DNA of 64,000 nucleotides from Eledone cirrhosa (taxonomy: Eukaryota), in the NCBI GenBank assembly GCA_964016885.1, contig OZ024740.1, positions 404,364,001 to 404,428,000 on the forward strand, written 5' to 3'. The stretch's first letter is position 1. The number at the start of each line of letters is the position of its first letter. The position numbers and the translations under genes were made by a program. Positions 43,701-64,000 of the stretch are shown piece by piece. Under the pieces are notes generated by a model. That model searched no databases. It was not told the DNA's origin and worked only from the letters and a program-made list of their open reading frames with translations.

Positions 43701-44215
43701 ATATATACATGTATATATTGTACCTTTGATTTTTAATTTGGAATTTTAATGTTGGTATAGATATATTATTATTATAATGTATTATACTGTGTTATATATA
43801 ATTCCTGCTCTATATAACCAAATTTGTTTAGATTTAAGTTGGTGACTTTGGACTATATTTGTAATATGGTTCTTAATGTTATCTACATCCTTAGTTATTA
43901 TAATTTTATTATTTTTATCTTCATTTTTATTATCGTATATCTTTGTAAGACATTAGTGTATGTAAACTCCATATTCTTCAGAGTTTCTGGCTTGTATCTG
44001 CCGAAATTACCTCTTGTTGTTTGATTGCCCTGATGAGTCCTGAAAAAGGACGAAACATTGTCGGCTAATAAAAACTTTTGATGTATTAAAGGATTCTTTG
44101 TTTTACTCTCTTAATTTTTCGGCTCTGTTTAACTGCATTGAGCTATACCTTTTACTGTCATTTCTATAATACGAAGAGGGTGTTTGACTCAAACACGCTC
44201 CAGTGTTCTAATCCT
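43550..44215 (+). mobile_element. Probable PLE pseudo-LTR (solo 3' end)
   Basis: AT-rich, contains a canonical minimal hammerhead followed by AATAAA. Begins with a PIGLN-coding stretch resembling a PLE GIY-YIG C-terminus. Confidence 0.55.
44024..44069 (+). ncRNA. Canonical minimal type I hammerhead ribozyme motif
   Basis: ATTGCC-CTGATGA(44030-44036)-GTCCT-GAAAA-AGGAC-GAAAC-ATT-GTC-GGCTAAT. Predicted cut after GUC (44062). Confidence 0.85.
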
Positions 44216-46410
<2,195 letters not shown>

Positions 46411-46417
<7 letters not shown>

Positions 46418-47093
46418 GAACTAAGGAAAATAAAAAAAATTAGAAATAAGAGGGATCAGATGTTGTTTACTCGAGAGAAGGCTACGTTGGTATGGACACG
46501 TGATGCGCATGAAAGTCGATAGCTGTATAACAAAGTGCAGGGCAATAAAGATAGACGGTAGCCACGGAATAGGCAGACCTAGAAAAACCTGGGACGAGCT
46601 GATAAACTCCGACCTCACACACTTACACCTCTCCAAGACAATGTCACTGGACCGAGACCTTTGGCGGTACTCAGTAACAGAGAAGACCCGCCTTACCTAA
46701 ATACATAGTAAAACCTACTACAGCCAGTAGGCATCTCTAACAAAATACACCCCGTCCCACCACCCCCACCCCATCCACACCACCCCGTTCTATGTAAAGT
46801 TATGTTGGTGCCGCGCCATCCAGGCCGAAACAAATGAGATCGTGTAGGTGTCACGACAAAAAAAAAACACACAGCCCACGCTGTAATGTGGCCGTGTAGG
46901 CAACACGGTAAAAATCTCCCAGACCCACACTGTAAATGTGGTTGGTGTTAGGAAGGGCATCCAACTGTAGAAAACCTGCCAGACAGTCCTATGCGAGCAA
47001 GACAATCACTCTTGCCTCAAGTGGGAATACCCCCGTCCAAACCCATGCAAGCGTGGAACACGGACGTTAAACGTTGATGATGATGATGATGAT
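46411..47093 (+). mobile_element. RTE 3' fragment with (GAT)n tail
   Basis: [11 protein letters not shown]...GRPRKTW...KTRLT, then 3' UTR and tail. Confidence 0.9.
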
Positions 47094-47227
47094 ACACATA
47101 TATACATATACATATATATATATATATACATATACACATATACATATATATATATATATACATATATATACATATATATATATATATGTACATATATCTA
47201 CATATATATATATATATATATACATAT

Positions 47228-48102
47228 ATCATCATCATCATCATTTTACGTCCGCTTTTCCCTGCTTGCAAGGGTGGTACGGGTCTTATTCAGCACAGCA
47301 TCTCTCCAATCTTCACAGTCCCTCGTCATCTCCACCGAGAGCTTCAATGATCTGAGGTCTGTTCTCACCACCTCCGCCCATGTTTTCGTGGTCTACCTCT
47401 ACCATGTCTTCCTTCAACTGGCAATTCTTGGCACTTCTTCACCCATCGGTCATTCTCCATGCGCATCACATGTCCATACCACCTCAGTCTCCTCTCCCGT
47501 ACACTACATTCTATCCCTCTCAGACACAGTTTCTCTCTCAACACATTTATGCTGGGTCGTTCACGCACATTTACACTGCACATCCAACGGAGCATGCTTG
47601 CCTCATTTCTCTCCAGCCGTCGCATATCCTCTGCAGTTGCTGCCTATGTCTCACTACCATGCAGCATCGCGCTCCTCATACAGGCATCATACAACCGGCC
47701 TTTCGTATACAGGGAGAAACCCTTCTTCGTCAACAGAGGAAGCAGCTCCCTAAACTTCTTCCAACCCATCCTTATTCTAGATACTATGGCCTCGGAACAC
47801 CCTCCTCCCATGCTAATCTGATCTCCTAGGTACCGGAAGCTATCCACCACTTCTATAGCGCCCTCTTGCATTTGAAAAATGTGTCTATCAGTGCGACTTC
47901 TACTGTCTAATTTCCTGTACATCTACTGCATACATATTTCTCCCTACTGTTAGTTTGCCTGCTATCCCGCTACATCTCTTGTGTACCCAGGATCTGCATT
48001 GTGTGCATTTTATAGAATTTATGCCAGTTCCTTTTCTGCATATCGAACCTGGCCATTTGCCTGACGGAATCAGGGTTTTGTCCTCTTTTCTACTCATCAA
48101 CA
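47228..48102 (-). mobile_element. Second, divergent RTE family, degraded 3' part with short 3' UTR and (GAT)n tail
   Basis: [64 protein letters not shown] across frameshifts. (ATC)n at 47228. Confidence 0.85.
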
Positions 48103-48106
48103 TACA

Positions 48107-48138
<32 letters not shown>

Positions 48139-48363
48139 CATATATATACATATATACATATACATATATATATATATATACATATATACATATATATATA
48201 TATATACATATATACATATATATATATATATACATATATACATATATATATATATATACATATATACATATATATATATATACATATATACATATATATA
48301 TATATATACATATATACATATATATATATATACATATATACATATATATATATATACATATAC

Positions 48364-48419
<56 letters not shown>

Positions 48420-48462
48420 ATACATATACATATATATATACATATACATATATATATACATA

Positions 48463-49526
48463 TAACTTTGAATAACTTTGAATAACTTTGAAATGTTTTG
48501 GCCAGTATTGGCCCAGGCCATGTCTAACTTAATAGCACCACCTGGCGAAGTCTTTCAATTCAGGATTTGGGCACCATGGCCCATTCGAGAAGAGAATTAC
48601 TGTTTGCGGAGACATATCCGGGTGTGGGTGGTTTGTCCGGGATTACTTGGAGGAATTTGTCCAAAGACTTCTTGAATTTTGTGTGGTCAGTTTCTGTTTT
48701 GACGTGTCCTGGTGTGATGTTGAAGAGAGCAGGGCCGATTGAGGTGAAATAATTGTGCCGTATTGTTGTTATGAGTTGCGATTTAGATTTTTGAATGGGA
48801 CGGATAGCACGGGGCCCAAGCCTTGGGTGTATCTTGAAGGCGATGCCAACATCATTTGGGCAGTGATGATGGAACATTTTCCACATCATGCAGATAATAT
48901 AACGCTCACGGCGACGTTGGAGTGAGTAAAGTTTCAGGTTTTCCAATCGACCCCAGTAGTCAAGGTCTGACATGCCATCTATCTTTTTCGTGATTGCCCT
49001 TTGAGGAGCTTCAAGTTTCATGATACTTTGTTTCGTGTGGGGAGACCACAGTGGACAACAGTATTCAAGGTGTGGTCGGGCGAAAGTAGAGAAGAGAAGG
49101 ATAATGGTGCGGGAATCTCTCGACTGAAGGTTCTGTTCTGAGGATCCAGGAACACATTCTGCGGGCCATGTCAACTTTGCTGCTTATATGCGTGGTCCAG
49201 CTTATGTTGCTGTCCACGGTTACCCCCAAGTCTCTGATGTTGTTAGATGCCACGAGAGTTTCCCCGGAGGGAAAGGAGTACGGGAGTTTCAGAGCATCCA
49301 CTTTTCCAAAGTGGATCAGTTCGAATTTGTCTTCGTTCAGTAACATGTTGTTCTTTTCTGCCCATTGGGTAACAGCCAGTAGGTCTGACTGAAGGCTTAT
49401 CCGGTCATCCACGCCATTGATGACCTTTTGGAGCTTGGAATCATCAGCGAAAATTTTAATGTTGCTGTGTTTGATGATGTCAGTGATGTCATTAATATAG
49501 ATGATGAAGAGAAGTGGGCCCAACAA
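48463..49526 (-). mobile_element. CR1-group non-LTR retrotransposon 3' fragment with (TTCAAAGTTA)n tail
   Basis: [62 protein letters not shown]. Three copies of a decamer at 48463-48492. Confidence 0.85.
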
Positions 49527-53038
<3,512 letters not shown>

Positions 53039-54902
53039 TGTTATACTTTGGGAGGGTCATGTTGCCAATAAGAAACACACGCACCAGTTGCTTTCACTTC
53101 AATTTAATTTATTAAATATTTATAAGTTTACAAATTTATAAATTTCTGGTTGGTTGGTTGGTTCCACAACCAGATAGTTGTTTATATATATATAGTCATA
53201 GTTCTTTCGTCACACACTCTGTGACCTCTTCAGTAACTGGGGATTTCTTTCTTCGTTTCTGTGCCTTTCCTTTCTTCTAGCCTACGCCATTTTGTTTGTG
53301 TGTGGGTTGCGTGCTCAGTTTGCGCATGCGCCACATCCGGGTGTCTGTGTGTGTGTGTTTGTGTTCATTTTTCTATTTTTCTATTTATATTTTTCTATTT
53401 GTTTGTTTATTTATTTATTTATTGTTGGTTGGTTGTTTGTTCTATGTGTGTGTGTGTTTTCATTTTGTCTTGTGTGTGTTTTCAATTGTAAGTTGTTTGT
53501 TCTATGTGTGTGTGTGTTTTCATTTTGTCCTTAATTGTAAGTTGTGATGTTGCTGTTCCACTCATATTTTCTTTAATTTTGGTTTTAATTCTTTTATGCT
53601 TACTGCCTCTGTAATTTGCCTAAACATTGCGTCTTTCTTGTGTGTGGATTCTATTTTTATTTCTATGCTCTCTAATTTACCCCTGTGTTCTATCTTAGCA
53701 TGTTGGTAGAGCACAGATGATTCTTTACTATCTTGGAGGTCTCGCCAGTGTTCATTTATTCGTTCCCCTATACTACGAGCTGTCTCACCTATGTACACTA
53801 CATTTTTGTTTCTACATTGTCCTTCAGTACATCTTATGCTATATACTACATTTCTAGTTTTACAGTTAATATGGGGGCTTATTTTACAGGTTATGCATTT
53901 CTTATCTATACATGAGGGTCTTTGGAACGGGTATGTCTTGCTAATAAGTGTTTTTACGGAGGTACCAGATCTTTCTACTATCTTAATATTGAGATTATGT
54001 TTCTTTAGGGCCCTTCTAAATTTGTAGGCTAGTGTTCGCCTCTAGGGGTTGTATTGATGAACATTACACTCTGGTATTTATTGCTATCATACCATGAGTT
54101 TATTCTATTGGCCTTGTTCTTAGTTCTTTCTATTCTATTCCAAAATTTGCTCCTATACAAGGGGCAGGTCCCATTTATGTCATTATTTACCATTTTTTCC
54201 CATTTGGTTCTGGCTCCTTTATACACTCTGATTCTATCTCTCTGATTGTAGCCAGAGAACTGCATACGGTGGATGATGTGTTGTACGTGTCTCTCTAGTT
54301 CTTCGGGGTTGCACATGCGGGACACATTTCTCATCACCCGTACCAAATCCGCAATCAGTATGTTGATTTTGGTATGGTCCGAAATGGCCGAGTTTCGGTG
54401 GATCAGATGTTTGGAAGTCATGGGTTTGGCATAATGGGAATGGAGGATTTGTTTTTGGTTGTTAATAGTATCTAACCAGAGCTCTGTGTCTAGTACAGGT
54501 AATCGATGGTTGGGGTGTCTACTTGGGTAGTCTATAGTAACTCTAATGCTCTGGTGGATGGAGTTTGCTATTTGCTGGATGCTTTCCATTGTGTTTTTCT
54601 CTAGTTCCTGACTGTTCTTTAGTGGGGGTGTCTTAACTACGATGTTTATATCATCTACGTAGCGGGAGTACATTATCAGGGTTAAGCTGTCTTCTAATTG
54701 TTCATTAAGTTTTTGTTTAAGTCTACTTTTCCACCATACCATGAATAAGTTAGCTATGTCGCCTGCAATGCTAACACCAATGGCTGCTCCTTCCTCTTGG
54801 GCATATGTTTTACCATTAAATTTGAACATATGTTCCTTAAGGGTTAGTTTTATGCTGGCCCCTACCGCATGTGCAATCATTTTCTTCAGTTCATCGTGGT
54901 TT
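53039..54902 (-). mobile_element. Penelope-like element of a different clade (RT and GIY-YIG, frameshifted) with 3' pseudo-LTR
   Basis: ORF 54029-54880 ([36 protein letters not shown]) and ORF 53562-53798 (YIGETARS..ERINEH, RQITEAVSI). Confidence 0.85.
53194..53238 (-). ncRNA. Minimal type I hammerhead motif in the PLE pseudo-LTR
   Basis: Minus strand: AGTTA-CTGAAGA-G-GTCACA-GAGTG-TGTGAC-GAAAG-AA-CTA-TGACT. Confidence 0.65.
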
Positions 54903-54942
54903 TATATATATATATATGTATATGTATATATATATATATGTA

Positions 54943-54981
<39 letters not shown>

Positions 54982-55052
54982 GTGTATATATATATGTATA
55001 TATATATATATGTATATATATATATACATATATATATACACATATATACATA

Positions 55053-55084
<32 letters not shown>

Positions 55085-55147
55085 CATATATACATATATA
55101 TATATACATATATACATATATATATATACATATATACATATATATAT

Positions 55148-55196
<49 letters not shown>

Positions 55197-55261
55197 CATA
55201 TACATATATATACATATACATATACATATATATACATATACATATATATACATATACATAT

Positions 55262-55314
<53 letters not shown>

Positions 55315-55369
55315 CATATATATACATATATATACATATATATACATATATATACATATACATATATAC

Positions 55370-55400
<31 letters not shown>

Positions 55401-55675
55401 CATATACATATATACACATATATATACATATACACATATACATATATACATATACACATATATATATATACATATACACATATATATATACATATACATG
55501 TACATATACATATATATACATATATATACATATATATATACATATATATATATACATATATATATACATATACATATATATATATATATACATATATATA
55601 CACATATATATATATATACATATATATACATATATACATATACATATATACACATATATACATATACATATATAC

Positions 55676-55720
<45 letters not shown>

Positions 55721-55921
55721 CACATATATATATATATATACATATACATGTACATATACATATATATACATATATATACATATATATATACATATATATA
55801 TATACATATATATATACATATACATATATACATATATATATACATATACACATATACATATATACATATACATATATAAACATATACATATATATACATA
55901 TATATATACATATATACATAT
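54903..55921. repeat. (TA)n array; G-punctuated for the first ~115 bp, then C-punctuated
   Basis: Direct reading. Confidence 0.95.
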
Positions 55922-58016
55922 AGACAGTCTCCCCCACATCGATCCAATAGAGGGACCAGCAGTGTTAGTCGAAGGTAGTATAATAAGTAAGGCAATCAAA
56001 GATATGAAGACGGGTAAGGCGGCTGGGCCTTCGGAAATAGTTGCTGAGATGCTGAAAGCCTCCGGTACGGTGGGACACACCATGGTCACCCGGATAGTAA
56101 ACCAAGTCATACAGAATGGGGTTGTTCCGAAGGACTGGCGTAGCAGCATCATCGTTAACTGAGGTAAAGGAGACGCCCTAGATAGGAGTAACTATAGAAA
56201 AAGTAATAGCGCAACTAATCAGAGAGAGAATTGATCTAGATGAAATGCAGTTCAGGTTTGTGTCAGGCAAAAGTACCACAGACGCTCTTTTCATTGTACG
56301 ACAACTACAGGAGAAGTACCTAGCTAAAAGTAAACCCCTATACTTAGCTTTTGTCGACTTGGAGAAAGCCATCGACAGAGTCCCCCGTTCCATTATCTGG
56401 TGGGCTCTTAGAAAACTAGGTGTTGACGAATGGCTTGTGAGAGCCATACAAGCCATGTATAAAGAAACAGTCAGCAAGGTTAGAATTAACAACGAATATA
56501 GTGAAGAGTTTAGCGTAAAAGTTGCTGTCCATCAGGGCTCTGTTCTTAGCCCCCTACTATTTATTATTGCCCTTCAGGCTATAACAGAGGAGTTCAAGAC
56601 CGGCTGCCCATGGGAACTCCTATACGCAGATGATCTAACGCTCATAGCTGAATCAATGGCCGAGCTGGAGAAGAAATTCCAAACATGGAAGCACGGCCTA
56701 GAATCAAAAGGCCTTAAAATTAACCTGGCTAAGACTAAAGTTCTAGTTTGTAGGAAAGAAAATAAGGCGCCGGTCCCCTCCGGGAAATGGCCATGCTCAG
56801 TGTGTGGGAAAGGCGTAGGTAGAAACTCCATTTTATGTCCCTAATGCAAAGTATAGGTGCATAAAATATGTAGTGGTATCACAGGTAAGCTAACTAAGAA
56901 CACAGATTTTACATGTGGCCGGTGCTCTGGTGCAATAAGTAGCAGCAAGTGCCCACGAAACACTAACTCTTTCAATTGCGCAGAGGGTTCTATAGAAATA
57001 GTGGACAGCTTCCGTTACCTGGGTGACAAAATCAGCAGAGGGGGAGGGTGCTCTGAAAGTACAGTAGCTAGAGTCAGAACTGGATGGAAAAAGTTCAGAG
57101 AGCTTATACCACTATTAGCCGCTAAAGGGTTCTCCCTAAAAATGAAAGGCAGGTTGTATGATGCCTGCATACGAACAGCAATGTTGCATGGCAGTGAGAC
57201 CTGGGCATTGTGTGCAGAGGATATACGCAGACTAGAGAGGAACGAAGCTTGCATGCTCCGCTGGATGTGTAATAGTAATATACGTGAACGGCAAAGCATA
57301 AACGAACTAAGGAAAAATTTAGAAATAAGAGGGATCAGATGTTGTTTACTCGATAGAAGGCTACGTTGGTATGGTCACGTGATGCGCATGAAAGACGACA
57401 GCTGTATAACAAAGTGCAGGGCAATAAAGATAGATGGTAGCCACGGAGTAGGCAGACCCAGGAAAACCTGGGACGAGCTGATAAATTCCGACCTCACACA
57501 CTTACACCTCTCCAAGACAATGTCACTGGACCGGGACCTTTGGCGGTACTCAGTAACAGAGAAGACCCGCCTCACCTAAATACAAAGTAAAACCTACTAG
57601 TCAGTAGGCATCTCTAACAAAATACACCGCCGTCCCACCCCATCCACACCGCCCCCTTCAATGCAAAGTTATGTTGGTGCCACAACATCCAGGCCGAAAG
57701 AAACGAGATCGTGTAGGTGTCACGACAAAAAAACACACAGTCCCACACTGTAAATGTGGTTGGTGTTAGGAAGGGCATCCAGCTGTAGAAAACACGCCAG
57801 ACAGTCCACGCTGTAATGTGGCCGTGTAGGCAACACGGTAAAAACCTCCCAGCCCCACACTGTAAATGTGGTTGGTGTTAGGAAGGGCATCCAGCTGTAG
57901 AAAACCCGCCAGACAGTCCTATGCGAGCAAGACAACCACTCTTGCCTCAAGTGGGAAAACCCCCGTCCAAACCTATGCAAGCATAGAACAGGGTTGTTAA
58001 ACGATGATGATGATGA
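55922..58016 (+). mobile_element. RTE LINE, 5'-truncated and degraded (deletions, stop), with (GAT)n tail
   Basis: ORFs 56245-56844 and 56857-57579. 3' UTR has a partial duplication. Confidence 0.9.
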
Positions 58017-58098
58017 TATATACATATATATATACATATATATATATACATATATATATATACATATATACATATATACATATATACATATATATACA

Positions 58099-58149
<51 letters not shown>

Positions 58150-58154
<5 letters not shown>

Positions 58155-58258
58155 AACAAGGTTTAGTAAATAATGAAAAAGTTTCAAAATAAATTTTAAA
58201 AAATTGACTTTACCTACTATAGTTACCTTTACCGATCGGTTTCGAATCCCAAAAATAA
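58150..58258 (-). repeat. Inverted partial copy of the 483-bp unit
   Basis: Reverse complement of ~58431-58539. Confidence 0.92.
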
Positions 58259-62076
<3,818 letters not shown>

Positions 62077-62309
62077 ATCATCATCAACGTTTAACGTCCG
62101 TGTTCCACGCTTGCATGGGTTTGGACGGGGGTTTTCCCACTTGAGGCAAGAGTGATTGTCTTGCTCGCATAGGACTGTCTGGCGGGTTTTCTACAGTTGG
62201 ATGCCCTTCCTAACACCAACCACATTTCCAGTGTGGGTCTGGGAGGTTTTTACCGTGTTGCCTACACGGCCACATTACAGCGTGGACTGTGTGTTTTTTT
62301 GTCGTGACA
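62077..62309 (-). mobile_element. RTE 3' UTR fragment with (GAT)n tail
   Basis: CATCATCATCAACGTTTAACGTCCG...GTCGTGACA. Confidence 0.88.

Positions 62310-64000
<1,691 letters not shown>

Overview
This is eukaryotic (animal) DNA with no recognisable host gene. It is a mosaic of (TA)n/(TACA)n microsatellite arrays interrupted by retroelements. The repertoire suggests an invertebrate such as a cephalopod, but that is inference only. Elements seen: about 15 pieces of an RTE-clade LINE with (GAT)n tails and a PHD-like finger inside the RT, two L1/Tx1-like copies, one apparently intact R4/Dong-like restriction-endonuclease LINE (1169 aa), a CR1-group fragment, several Penelope-like element (PLE) pieces and a non-autonomous Helitron. 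The first ~26 kb is a tandem duplication whose two copies carry different insertions, so filled and empty sites can be compared directly. The most striking signal is at 58.15-61.06 kb: ~5.8 near-identical 483-bp units, each with a complete type I hammerhead ribozyme motif (long stem II, palindromic stem III), capped by an inverted partial copy. This is the architecture of a non-LTR retrozyme, a genomic footprint of a circular RNA mobilised by PLE reverse transcriptase. Four other hammerhead motifs with different stem sequences, including a U3-A8 core variant, lie in PLE-type terminal repeats. The C-punctuated TA arrays keep nearly the same strand polarity across the whole window. All RNA structures were derived by eye, and none has been computed or tested.
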